Virus record (IMG/VR): IMGVR_UViG_3300012200_000003
Coordinates: 1-53,713 of that record
Direction: 5' to 3' (one strand)
Source of the DNA: a virus
DNA length: 53,713 nt
Shown in pieces: positions 1 to 10,000 of the stretch. Numbering within the stretch: the stretch's first letter is position 1; every line of letters starts with the position of its first letter. The notes under the pieces are model-generated. The model was not told the DNA's origin. It worked only from the letters and a program-made list of their open reading frames with translations, and did not search any database. Position numbers and translations under genes: made by a program.

Positions 1-123
1 AGCCATGATGAAACATATAAGTAATCCACATTCAAGTTGTAACTTGTGCATTATAAACTTTACAACAACTATAATGGTGGCAATTCTTCCTTCTTTATAA
101 GTACGACAAGCACTTTAAAGTTA
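1..123. repeat. Terminal direct repeat, copy 1 (identical to 53591..53713)
   Basis: Base-for-base identity of the first and last 123 nt of the window. This is either a genuine DTR or a circular-assembly overlap. Confidence 0.95.
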
Positions 124-143
124 CTGGCCACTTTCTTAATTTT

Positions 144-326
144 ATGAAATCTGAGATAATTATACGTGCCTGTGAAATAACGGAATTACACTATAAAAAT
201 ATTAATTTACCTCAATTTGCTCACGCATTTAAAATATTTCGTAAAGCAATAATTGTTTTAGAAAAAGAAGATGCAATAAAAGAAGAACAAATACACAATG
301 AAGCATTAGAAGGTTCTCAAGGATAA
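144..326 (+). CDS. Hypothetical small protein (60 aa)
   Basis: ORF in a tightly packed co-directional array; the next ORF starts 2 nt later. Confidence 0.45.
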   Translation: MKSEIIIRACEITELHYKNINLPQFAHAFKIFRKAIIVLEKEDAIKEEQIHNEALEGSQG

Positions 327-328
327 AT

Positions 329-598
329 ATGACAAAACAAGACAAAAGAAATCCATGCTTTGAAGATACATCTTTAATGGTATTTGGAAAATATAAAAAT
401 CAACTATTACAAGATATTCCAGCAAGTTATTTTAGATGGCTTAAAGATATTTTAGAGAAAGAAGGTTATAATTATAATCCTCCAGAAAAATTGTATAATA
501 GTATGAAATCTTTTGAACAAGATAAAGTGAAACTATACAATTACATATGGAATAGTCAAGATGCACTTCAAATGGAACTAGGAAATGATATAGTATGA
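329..598 (+). CDS. DUF3820-like small protein
   Basis: The motif MVFGKYKNQLLQDIPASYFRWL resembles the FGKYKG..L.(D/E)hP..Y..W signature of the DUF3820 / ExoX C-terminal-like family (recalled, not searched). Confidence 0.5.
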   Translation: MTKQDKRNPCFEDTSLMVFGKYKNQLLQDIPASYFRWLKDILEKEGYNYNPPEKLYNSMKSFEQDKVKLYNYIWNSQDALQMELGNDIV

Positions 599-780
599 AT
601 ACTCTAACTATAGATTTTGAATATATAGAAGCAGATAAAAATGATCCTATGTCACACGATGATATTGATATTCATGATGTTAAATTAAATAATGTTAGTA
701 TTCCAGTTCCCAATAGTTCATATTCAGTAATTAAAAGCTTTCTACAACATCAACGTGTTAAGTCAACCACCAAAATTTGA
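595..780 (+). CDS. Hypothetical small protein (61 aa)
   Basis: ATGA start/stop overlap with the upstream ORF. Confidence 0.45.
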   Translation: MNTLTIDFEYIEADKNDPMSHDDIDIHDVKLNNVSIPVPNSSYSVIKSFLQHQRVKSTTKI

Positions 781-2224
781 TTATAACGGGCTAACTATTA
801 TTCTATCAGGCTCGAATAGATTTGAGAAAAGACAACTTTTACAAGGCTCCGGCGCATACTTTTTTAATACTGAATGTTTGATGCCAGAAACAAACATTTA
901 TTGTTGCGATGTAAGATTAATTGATGATAAAAGAAAACTTTTACCTAAGACTAAAATTGTTTTTTTATTAGGACAAAGAGCTTTTCATATATATACAGGT
1001 AGAGTTGAAACATTAGATGAGGCGCGCGGAAGTCCATATATTATAAATGGAATACCATGTATTTCAAGTTTTTCCTATCAAGATGCAATCGATCCACAAA
1101 ATTTTGAAGCAAAATTTAATAAAGAAGAAATTGAAGATGAATATGAAGAAGAACGAGATTCCTATATTGGAGAAAAATCAAGAAATAAAACTTCCCGTGA
1201 AAATTATCGTTTCTGGCTTAAAGCAGACACAAAAAAAGTATTGCGTATCCTCGAAAATAACGGGAATATTCCATTACCTTCTTTCAGTCCAGAGTATCAC
1301 ATTTACCCTCCAAGTAAAACAATTATTGAAACCTTGGAAAAAGAAAAAGGGCAAGATTTATATATCGACATAGAAACAGATATTGAAAGTCTAGACATTA
1401 GATGTTTTGCTTTTAACTTTGGGAATTCAAATAATATATACGTTGTTCCAGTTCTAGATATAGAATATAAACCAGCTTATGAAGAAATTCCTCAAATTTT
1501 TAGAGCTTTATATATGGCCTTCTATGGTAACACTGTTATTGCTCATAACGGTGCTGTGTTCGATTTCTTTATTTTTGCCTATAAATATAAAATATCTATT
1601 GGCAAAAATTGCTTTGATACTCTTATTTCTAATCACCGTATCTTCCCTACTGTTGAAAAATCGCTAGGACATTGTATAAGTTATTGGTTATATCTTCCAT
1701 ATCATAAATCAGAAGCTGCTCATGGTTATAATAATTTAAGTCAAGCAGAGCAACTATGGAAATATTGTAGTAAAGATGTTTACACAATGAGACTAGTCAA
1801 AGAAGCCCAGCTTAAATACGCAAGTAATGATCCTGGTCTTCTATCTAGTATAGATCAAGCTATGAAGTCTATTAGACCATATCTTATAATGTCCTTACTT
1901 GGAATGAAATTTAATGAAGAAAAGCGCCAGCAATGGATAAATGAGTCTGATAGACTTATGATGCAATATATGAGGATTATAAGTATTTTAACAGGACCAA
2001 AGGTAGAAATGTTAATAAGCAATAAAAAATGCACTAAATATTTTCATGATCTTCTTGGTTATCCAATTGTTAAAAGAACAAAAACAGGAGCAAGTAGTTT
2101 AAGTGCAGATGCGCTATTGAAATTAAAACTTAGACATGAGAATCCAGTAATAGACTTCCTTATTAAATATAGAGAAAAACAAAAAGAGACAGGAACGCTT
2201 AATTGGAAAACATGGATACAATAA
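755..2224 (+). CDS. Family-A DNA polymerase, N-terminal fragment (possible degenerate UDG-like domain + 3'-5' exonuclease + thumb)
   Basis: GTG start. Exonuclease motifs: ExoI YIDIETD, ExoII AHNGAVFDF, ExoIII YCSKDVY. The C-terminal part resembles the Pol I thumb (..KRTKTGASSLSADALLKL..IKYREKQKETGT). No polymerase motifs A-C are present in this ORF. Confidence 0.8.
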   Translation: MLSQPPKFDYNGLTIILSGSNRFEKRQLLQGSGAYFFNTECLMPETNIYCCDVRLIDDKRKLLPKTKIVFLLGQRAFHIYTGRVETLDEARGSPYIINGIPCISSFSYQDAIDPQNFEAKFNKEEIEDEYEEERDSYIGEKSRNKTSRENYRFWLKADTKKVLRILENNGNIPLPSFSPEYHIYPPSKTIIETLEKEKGQDLYIDIETDIESLDIRCFAFNFGNSNNIYVVPVLDIEYKPAYEEIPQIFRALYMAFYGNTVIAHNGAVFDFFIFAYKYKISIGKNCFDTLISNHRIFPTVEKSLGHCISYWLYLPYHKSEAAHGYNNLSQAEQLWKYCSKDVYTMRLVKEAQLKYASNDPGLLSSIDQAMKSIRPYLIMSLLGMKFNEEKRQQWINESDRLMMQYMRIISILTGPKVEMLISNKKCTKYFHDLLGYPIVKRTKTGASSLSADALLKLKLRHENPVIDFLIKYREKQKETGTLNWKTWIQ

Positions 2225-2227
2225 ATT

Positions 2228-2440
2228 ATGACAATTACAGAATTAGAAACATTTAAAAATCTTGCCCCATTTAAACCATTTAAAATAAATACAGTAGACG
2301 GAAAATCAACTCAAATTTTTCATCCAGATTTTATTTATTTTATTCCGCCTATAAATAGAGTTATAATCTTAAATCAAGAATTACAACTAATTAAATTTAT
2401 AGATATAAGTTACATAACATCAATAGAACAACAAGTATGA
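2228..2440 (+). CDS. Small beta-rich protein, paralogue family member 1 of 5
   Basis: Shares the pattern PF..F.I...DG....I.H.D.I...P......I........I....IT.IE with the ORFs at 30387, 33739, 49591 and 52635. Confidence 0.6.
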   Translation: MTITELETFKNLAPFKPFKINTVDGKSTQIFHPDFIYFIPPINRVIILNQELQLIKFIDISYITSIEQQV

Positions 2441-2661
2441 CTGATAAACAAATAAAACTAGCAGCAGATATTTATAATTTAGAGCGCCAGAAAGAAATTA
2501 TAGATTCTGAGCTTAAACCAAAACGTGAGGAACTTCTTAATAGTATAAAAGAATATGGAACCTATGAATGTGGGGATCATATAGTAATAAAAAAACATAT
2601 AGAAGAAACTCATGTAAAAGCTTTTGACAGAAGACCATACGACACTTTACAAATAAAATGA
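2437..2661 (+). CDS. Hypothetical protein (74 aa)
   Basis: ATGA-coupled ORF in the array between the two polymerase fragments. Confidence 0.5.
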   Translation: MTDKQIKLAADIYNLERQKEIIDSELKPKREELLNSIKEYGTYECGDHIVIKKHIEETHVKAFDRRPYDTLQIK

Positions 2662-2879
2662 TAATAGTTGAAAATATTACTTTTAAAAATGAGAAAAAGT
2701 ATATACAAGTTCGTATACATACTGCTTGCTGTAAAAGCACTTTTATGGTAGAAGACCAAGGTAAAGATAAATTATGGAATCCAATAACAGAAGAATATAT
2801 TCTCTGGGGAATGGTTAATTCCATTAGATTAGCAGAAGATACATACAATGAGCGAATACTTAAAACCAATAAAATGTAA
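2658..2879 (+). CDS. Hypothetical protein (73 aa)
   Basis: ATGA-coupled ORF. Confidence 0.5.
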   Translation: MIIVENITFKNEKKYIQVRIHTACCKSTFMVEDQGKDKLWNPITEEYILWGMVNSIRLAEDTYNERILKTNKM

Positions 2880-3060
2880 TAGATGTAAAAGTGAACTTAG
2901 TAATTTATTTAAATTTATAGATAAAACTATAAAAGAAGAAAAAATAATTTATCTATGTGATGATTGTGTTAAATACTATTTTACAAAATTATTAATAGAT
3001 CGAAGAATTTTTAATAAAGTATGGAATCTTATAAATGAAAATAGTAAAAAAACAATTTGA
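2848..3060 (+). CDS. Small zinc-ribbon-like protein
   Basis: Two Cys pairs (CNRC ... CDDC). Confidence 0.45.
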   Translation: MSEYLKPIKCNRCKSELSNLFKFIDKTIKEEKIIYLCDDCVKYYFTKLLIDRRIFNKVWNLINENSKKTI

Positions 3061-3214
3061 GTCTTTATATCTTTTTTATGAGTGTAAATTAGGCGTAGAA
3101 TCTATAACACAAGCTTTATCAAATCTAAAATATTTTACAGGTAAAAACAAAGAACTTCTAGATAAAATAAATGAAGCACATAAAATATTAAAAGAAATAG
3201 AATTTGAAAAATGA
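3035..3214 (+). CDS. Hypothetical protein (59 aa, below the ORF-track cutoff)
   Basis: Hand-translated as MKIVKKQFESLYLFYECKLG...EIEFEK. It fills the gap and its stop overlaps the next ATG (ATGA). Confidence 0.35.
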   Translation: MKIVKKQFESLYLFYECKLGVESITQALSNLKYFTGKNKELLDKINEAHKILKEIEFEK

Positions 3215-3372
3215 AACAATTAATAGGTATTGAATATATAGAACCAGATAAAGTTAATATCATAATTACAGAAGGTGGTATTAAAATAAGCATAGAGGGT
3301 AGATGTGTATTTTCTATAATAAAAGCTAAGGAATTTTCTATTAGCGATACAAGAATAAAAAATGCACAATAA
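3211..3372 (+). CDS. Hypothetical protein (53 aa, below the ORF-track cutoff)
   Basis: Hand-translated as MKQLIGIEYIEPDKVNIIITEGG... It overlaps the start of the polymerase C-terminal fragment. Confidence 0.35.
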   Translation: MKQLIGIEYIEPDKVNIIITEGGIKISIEGRCVFSIIKAKEFSISDTRIKNAQ

Positions 3373-4414
3373 ACTAGATAAACCTAGGGATACAAGTCAT
3401 TGGATTGTAAGTGCGACTAATACATTTAGATTAGGAAGTAGAAAGATACTTTCCTCTTTACATGATACAAAATGGATCAATTTCGGTGGCAATAGGCAAA
3501 ATATAGAAGGAGGTATGAGAATAATTTGGGAAGCTGATAAAGGGTATAAATTAGTATCAAAAGATCAGTCTGGTGCTGAAGCTTTAATAGTAGCTTATTT
3601 ATGCAGAGATGGAAATTATAGATCACTTTTTAAAAATAACATAAAACCTCATACTTTTATAGCACTTTATGTTTTTGCTGAACAATTTAAAAAACACTTT
3701 GATGCTGAAAAAATAGATTTAGCTATTAATACAGAAATAAAATATTTAAGAAGTCTACCTTTTTGGAAAGAATTAGATAATCTTATTAGAAGTTCTGATC
3801 ACTGGCCTTCAAAAGAAAGATATTATTTTATTGGTAAGAAAATTGTTCACGCAAGTTCCTATGGTATGCAAGCATTTAAGTTCTGCCTATCCTTACTAGA
3901 GGAATCTGGAGGTTTAATTGCACTCTCTAAAAAAGAAGGCGAACAATATCTTATGATGTTTCATAAGCTCTTTCCAGAAATACATTTATGGCATTCTAAA
4001 ATATATGAGCATATTAGAAAGTATAAAGAACTAAGAAATCTTTTTGGATTTCCTTTTAAATTTACTGGATTCATAGATGATAATATGATTAGGGAAGCAT
4101 ATGCTTTCATTCCACAATCAAGTGTTGGGACAGCAACTAATATAGCAATAACAGAAATACAAGAAATTATAGAAAAAGAAAAACTAGATTACCATATTCT
4201 GAATAATGGACATGATAGTATTTTAGCTGAATGTCCTGATAATGATAAAGATATAGAGTATTGTAGTTTATTATTAAAAAACGGTCTAGAAAGAGAATAT
4301 ATATCACCTACCGATGGAACTAAATTTAGAATGAAAAGTTCTTTAAAATTAGGTTATAACTGGAGTGATTATCACGAAATAAATAATCCAAATGGTCTTA
4401 AAGAAATAGAATAG
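3362..4414 (+). CDS. Family-A DNA polymerase, C-terminal fragment (palm/fingers)
   Basis: Pre-motif A FRLGSRKI..GGNRQNI (cf. TGRLS..PNLQNIP). Motif A DQSGAEALIVAYL, motif B KKIVHASSYGM, motif C NGHDSIL. Confidence 0.85.
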   Translation: MHNKLDKPRDTSHWIVSATNTFRLGSRKILSSLHDTKWINFGGNRQNIEGGMRIIWEADKGYKLVSKDQSGAEALIVAYLCRDGNYRSLFKNNIKPHTFIALYVFAEQFKKHFDAEKIDLAINTEIKYLRSLPFWKELDNLIRSSDHWPSKERYYFIGKKIVHASSYGMQAFKFCLSLLEESGGLIALSKKEGEQYLMMFHKLFPEIHLWHSKIYEHIRKYKELRNLFGFPFKFTGFIDDNMIREAYAFIPQSSVGTATNIAITEIQEIIEKEKLDYHILNNGHDSILAECPDNDKDIEYCSLLLKNGLEREYISPTDGTKFRMKSSLKLGYNWSDYHEINNPNGLKEIE

Positions 4415-4432
4415 TTTAATATTATCTAATCA

Positions 4433-5680
4433 ATGTTTACATCAAACATGGATAGATGGAGATATTATTGCGAGACTATCATTTCACCAGATAGTTATAT
4501 AGATTGGGGTTTGTATTATACTATAGCAGCAGCTCTTCAGAGAAGAATTTGGCGTGGACAAATTGATGGTAAACCATTATTTCCCAATCCTTATATAATT
4601 TTTACTGCTGATCCAGGTGTTGGAAAAGGGCTTGTAATTACAGAAGTTAATAAACTTTTAAGATATTTTAAACTAGAAAAAGAAAAAGATCAAATAGGAG
4701 AAACTAAAACAATAAATTTTAATGAACAGCCTAAACATGGGATGGAAAAACCACTTTTATTTCAAGTTGGCGCTGATGCTTCTACTTATGAAGCACTTGT
4801 TAGAGAAATATCACGTTCTGTAAGAGCCTATTTTTATAAAGAAAATGAAACTAAAAAAGCTTATATACATTCTAGTCTTGCTTTTTGTCTAGAAGAAATA
4901 AGTTCTCTTTTTAGAAAACATACAGAAGATCTTGTTCGCTTTCTTCTTGTAGCTTATGATTGTGGTGATTATAGATATGATACTATATCTAGAGGAAGAG
5001 ATTTTATAAAAAATTGTTGCCTTTCTTTAATAGGAGGAACTACTCCAAAATTTCTAAAAAGAGTATTTTCTGATGAATTATTAAATGAAGGTTTTGCAAG
5101 TAGATGTATATTTGTCTTTGAATTATCTAATAGATTTGATAGATTGAAGCCGCCAGAGTTTTCTAAAGAACAAATGGAGGAATATAGTATAATTTTAGAG
5201 CATATAAAAAAACTCTCGCTTCTTTATGGAGAAGTTGTATTTGAACCAGAAGCTGCAGAATATCTTGAATTATGGAATAAAGTAGAAAAGTATAAAAGAC
5301 CCAATACAAGTCCAAAACTAAACTACTATTATGCAAGAAAACCAGTAACTATACAAAAACTAGCAATGGCAATACATTTCTTAGATAATCTAGATATGAA
5401 AGTAAATATAGAGGAATGCAAAAAAGCAATAGCTCTATTAGACCATACTGAAAGAAGGATGCACATGGCACTATCAAGTGATGTAAAAAATCCTCTCTCT
5501 GATCTAACTGATGAAATAATTAGTTTTATTCAAAAAACTGGACCACAAACCAAAAAAGAATTACTTGTTATTTTTTGGGGAAGCTTACCAAATGGTAAGC
5601 AGAGCTTAGATGAAACCCTTGAATATTTGTTGATGATAAGAAAACTAAAGTTAGAAAATAGTAAATTCCATATTATATGA
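4433..5680 (+). CDS. P-loop NTPase (possible replicative helicase / DUF3987- or VirE-like)
   Basis: Walker A FTADPGVGKGL; Walker-B-like AFCLEEISS. Sits between the DNA polymerase and thyX. Family assignment is uncertain. Confidence 0.5.
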   Translation: MFTSNMDRWRYYCETIISPDSYIDWGLYYTIAAALQRRIWRGQIDGKPLFPNPYIIFTADPGVGKGLVITEVNKLLRYFKLEKEKDQIGETKTINFNEQPKHGMEKPLLFQVGADASTYEALVREISRSVRAYFYKENETKKAYIHSSLAFCLEEISSLFRKHTEDLVRFLLVAYDCGDYRYDTISRGRDFIKNCCLSLIGGTTPKFLKRVFSDELLNEGFASRCIFVFELSNRFDRLKPPEFSKEQMEEYSIILEHIKKLSLLYGEVVFEPEAAEYLELWNKVEKYKRPNTSPKLNYYYARKPVTIQKLAMAIHFLDNLDMKVNIEECKKAIALLDHTERRMHMALSSDVKNPLSDLTDEIISFIQKTGPQTKKELLVIFWGSLPNGKQSLDETLEYLLMIRKLKLENSKFHII

Positions 5681-6381
5681 ATAAAGGTTACGAAATAAAA
5701 GTATTAGATAAAGGTTATGTTCGCTACATAGATCATATGGGTTCCGATGAAAGAATAGTAGAAGCCGCGCGCATATCATATAAAAGTCCCTCTAAAGGTG
5801 AAGAAGCTGATAAAAAATTATTACATTATCTTATTAAAAATAAACATACATCTCCCCTTGAAATGTGTAAAATTACATTTAACATAAAGATGCCAATTTT
5901 TGTAATGAGACAATTTGTGCGCCATAGAATGCAAAACATAAATGAAATATCAGCTAGGTATACAGAACTACCTGATGAATTTTATATACCAGAAAAATGG
6001 AGAAGACAAGATACTAAAAATAAACAAGGAAGTATTGAAGAAAAAGAATTTAGACCTGAAATAACTTTTGAAGAGTTTAGAGATTATGCTGAAATATGTT
6101 TAAATAGAATATATATAAAAATATATGAATTTTATAAATGTTTAATTAAGGAAGGAATAGCAAAAGAAATGGCTAGAATAATATTACCTGTTGGTATTTA
6201 TACAGAAATATATTCTACATGGGACTTGAATAATCTTTTAAAGTATTTTATTCTAAGAGATGATTTACATGCTCAATGGGAACATCAACAATTTGCTAAA
6301 GCTATGAAAGAAATAGTTAAAGAAATATTTCCTTGGACATTAGAAGCTTATGAATTATTTTTAAATCCTAATAAAATATGA
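5677..6381 (+). CDS. thyX: Flavin-dependent thymidylate synthase ThyX
   Basis: The ThyX signature RHR-X7-S is present (VRHRMQNINEISARY). Size of 234 aa fits. Confidence 0.9.
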   Translation: MNKGYEIKVLDKGYVRYIDHMGSDERIVEAARISYKSPSKGEEADKKLLHYLIKNKHTSPLEMCKITFNIKMPIFVMRQFVRHRMQNINEISARYTELPDEFYIPEKWRRQDTKNKQGSIEEKEFRPEITFEEFRDYAEICLNRIYIKIYEFYKCLIKEGIAKEMARIILPVGIYTEIYSTWDLNNLLKYFILRDDLHAQWEHQQFAKAMKEIVKEIFPWTLEAYELFLNPNKI

Positions 6382-6878
6382 TTATGAGTATACAAATATT
6401 AGCACCAATTAGATCTGATAATATTCTAGAATTACAAGAGTGGGTTAGATTCTATGATATTAATGGAAAATATCCAGCAAATATTCTTGAAAGATTTGCA
6501 ATAGGAATATATCAAATTAAAGATGGAATGGAATGGAAAGATACTTTAAATAAAAATGAATCTTGGTGTGCTGCTTTCATTCATTTTTTAACTGTAGCAG
6601 AGAAATTAAACTTACCAATAGAAGATAAAATAAGTTTAAGTCTTCCAGCTTTTGGAGCAATTTTAAATGAAAATTTACTTTTAAATTTATCTAGAGCACA
6701 GCAGGATATATTCTATAAATATAATTCTGGAAAAACACAAAGAAGTTCTAGATATAATTCAGAAAGATTGACAATAAACTTAAGTAAAGTATTATCTATC
6801 TGTTATTGTAAAGTTCCAAAAGAAGAGAGACCAGAAGGATTCTATAATGCAAGTTCTATTATGATAGGAAAATTATGA
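6378..6878 (+). CDS. Hypothetical protein (166 aa)
   Basis: ATGA-coupled to thyX. No motif recognised. Confidence 0.5.
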   Translation: MIMSIQILAPIRSDNILELQEWVRFYDINGKYPANILERFAIGIYQIKDGMEWKDTLNKNESWCAAFIHFLTVAEKLNLPIEDKISLSLPAFGAILNENLLLNLSRAQQDIFYKYNSGKTQRSSRYNSERLTINLSKVLSICYCKVPKEERPEGFYNASSIMIGKL

Positions 6879-7084
6879 GAAAAATAATATGTGATATTTG
6901 CGGAAATGAATATAAAGAAGTATTAGAAGAAATTACAGGACAAATTAATTTACATAGAAAAAATGGAGAAATACTATCTATTGGAATTGTAGAAATAAAA
7001 TTAAATTGTCGTTTTGATACAACAAATATTGATATATGTAGAAGCTGCCTTATTAATGGAATTAAAGCTGCTACTTTAGAGTGA
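6875..7084 (+). CDS. Small Cys-rich protein
   Basis: CDIC ... CRSC pairs. Last gene of the plus arm. Confidence 0.45.
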   Translation: MRKIICDICGNEYKEVLEEITGQINLHRKNGEILSIGIVEIKLNCRFDTTNIDICRSCLINGIKAATLE

Positions 7085-10000
7085 TGGAACTAATTTAGAT
7101 TTCTCTTTATTTACTAAGTTTTGTAAAAGATAATCTTGTAATCTACTTGCGGCAGCCTCTTTTCCTTGTGATTTTTCAAGAAAAGAAATAAACTTCACAA
7201 ATTTAATAGGCATATCTGTAGGAGATGGCATAGTTTGGTAGTTATTCTCCTTTATTTTCTGTAGTTCTTTTTTAAGAACAAAAGGATCAACATTACCAGA
7301 ATTATCTTTAGATTTTTCTAATGCTTTATCAATTAATTCTGGTAATAGTTTTGCTACAATTTCTAGATCAGAACTTTGTTTAAACTCTTTTAATTTTTTT
7401 CCTCCAATTACATTAGGTAATTCTCCAGTTCCCTGTGGAATATCTCCAGAATCTAGTTCTTTAAATATTCTAAGATCGCGAAAAGCTTCTTTTCTTTTAG
7501 CTAATTCTGGATTAACAAAATTTGCATCAACATATCTATAAGTCTGAGAACTTTGTTGCGCAAGAGCTTGAATATAAGAAGCTAGACTTTCTATAGGATC
7601 ATCACCGTCTTGGATAGAATTTACTAAATCACTTGTATTCTTAGCAAGAACATCTGTAGCAAAAGAATAAAGTGGAAAGCTAAGTGGATTATTATATTTA
7701 ATCCCTTTTCCTTGAGCTAGATTAGAGCCAACTTTAGAAAAGTCAGAAATTATTCCAGCAATAGAAGCTAATTGCCACAGACCAATTACTTTAGCTCCTA
7801 CATCTACTGGACTTCCAAATTTTTCTACTTCAGTTATTGTAGGATCAACACTTCTTTTACCAGAAAGTAATTCATTTATTTGTTCTATTGCTGCACCAGT
7901 TAAAATACCACCAAGAGCAGTCCTAAGTAATGGACCATAAGAGCCCTCTTTAATTGGTAAAATTGCATCTTTCCAAATTGTATTTGCTTTCTCTATATTA
8001 AATCTAGAAAGCTGAGTAAAAAAACTTAATCCACCCTCTGATGTCCAAGTAGGAACTCCTTCAGGACCATATGTTCCTCTTACAGCATCAGTAAATCTTT
8101 TTGCTATTGCTTGTATATGTTCATCCTTTACAATAGCATTCTTTTCAAATAGTTTATCTACTCCACCTTCTAGTGTATCTCCAAATCTTCTACTTAGTCT
8201 TACAGCTTCTTTATCTCCATTCTTTGCTGCTGCTAAATTATCTTTTGCAAGTAATTCTCCTAATGTATGTATATACCAACCTTCTAATTTATCAGAAAGA
8301 TTTCTTCCTTGGTATTTCCTCAATATATAAGAACCCTCAGAAAGTCTTCTTATAAAAGGATCAGGACTAGATACAAAATCTCCGGCTGTATCATAATCAG
8401 CAAATGAAGCTCTAATAGAATTATTTTCAAAAGCTCTAGCTGCACTATCATTCATATTACCAAAAGCTTTAAATATAAGTGGAATCTGACCTGGGCGAAC
8501 ATAAGTAGAAATAAAACCTGGAATATTAACTAGATTCCTAATAGGTGTCCCAACACCCATTAAAACATTATTTACAATACGAGATATAGCTAATATCTTA
8601 GGATTTCTAGTTGATCTATCCGCGCCCAAAACAGAAGCTAAAGCATCTTTAGAAACTTTAGCACCACCAATATGTTCTATATCTGGAGCTAAATCAGTTT
8701 TATCTCTATTTCCAAATTGATCTTGTAGATTAAAAGCTTTCCTCATTTTAGGATCATTTTGTAAAAATTTAAAATATCCTAAATCTCTAGCTGCTCTACT
8801 AGCATAACGTGACATTAAATGAGGAAGATTCTTCTCAATTAATTCAAAAGGAAGTCCTAGCCCTTCTGCTTTTCTAATAGCACCAAATTCTACATCAGGA
8901 GATACATGATGTCCTATAGCATCTTTATAATCTTTTAATTGTGCTAAAGCATCTTCTTTAGAAAGACCATTTTTCTCTAGAAAATCAGTATATAATTTAT
9001 CATAAGTTTTAGATTGTTCTGAATCACTTTTCTCACTCCAGTTATAGGCTACATCATTATCCAGCATATTAGGAAAGTAACCATCTTCTTTTATACCTGC
9101 TAAACGGCCAGCAACCTTAAGACCTAATTCTCTCTGTAAAAGTTTAGGTTCTCGAATATTCTCTAAATATTTAGAAACAAAATCTTCTTGTTTAGTATTT
9201 AACTTTACATCAGAATTTCCTTTACTATCCATGTCGTAAAGATATTTTACAAGAGAGCTATGTTCTGCTTCTGTAAAATTAGCATCCTTAAAATTTGCTA
9301 TTTGTTTATTTCCAATTTGTCCGGCTAATTGATCTGTCCATCCCCACCATTTATGTAATTGATTAGATACATAGTTTCCAGTATTATTTTTAAATTGTTC
9401 TGCTATTTTATCAATTCTAGGAGTTAGAAATTTAAGTCCCCAGGGTGTAGAGAAATTCTTTAATTTAGTCTCTTCTTGTTTTGGATTAGACGAAGATTCT
9501 ACAGCTTCTTTTGTTTGGGGAAGCATTCTTAATTTAGGTATTTCTTTCTCTGAATATTTAGGTAATTTAGAACCTTCTTCTTCACTTTGTTTAGTTACAT
9601 CTTCTGGACCCCAGAGTTGTTTTAACTTTTCAATCGCTTTTTTATAATCTTGTTTTAATTTCTCAACTTTAAATTTTGCTGATTGATATTCTGAACTATT
9701 TTTATCAAAACTATCTCTAGTTATTACAACTTTTCTTCCTTCTGTATTTATATTTTTAACAATATGTAACTGATCTAATATTTCTTTATCTATAGGATGT
9801 TTACTTTCTTCTAACTGTTCGACTGGAGTTTTATATTCTTTTTTAGGTAATTTACTACCTTCTTCTTCAGAAAATTTTCCTAAATTCTCTTTCAACTTAT
9901 TTAATTTATCACTATTTTCTACCATCTCTTTATAACTATGTTGTTCCAATTCATTGGGTATTCTATAACCTTTATTTGCTAAAGTAGCCTGAGCAAGTGT

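Noticed and set aside
1600-1613. Sigma-54-like TGGCAAAAATTGC inside the polymerase gene
   Set aside because: The GG-to-GC spacing is 2 nt too short, and the site is in coding sequence. Similar near-misses were rejected at 15427..15441 (both strands, spacing off by 1) and at 5467, 19283, 42496, 17791(-), 25310(-), 25651(-) and 36928(-) (TGGCAC without GC at -12).
2225-3361. Group I/II intron or intein interrupting the DNA polymerase
   Set aside because: The insert is filled by six tightly coupled small ORFs rather than one endonuclease ORF plus structured RNA. No intein blocks are present (no Cys/Ser-start ... HN-Cys/Ser/Thr junctions), and each polymerase fragment has its own start and stop. 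Splicing cannot be formally excluded without RNA data.
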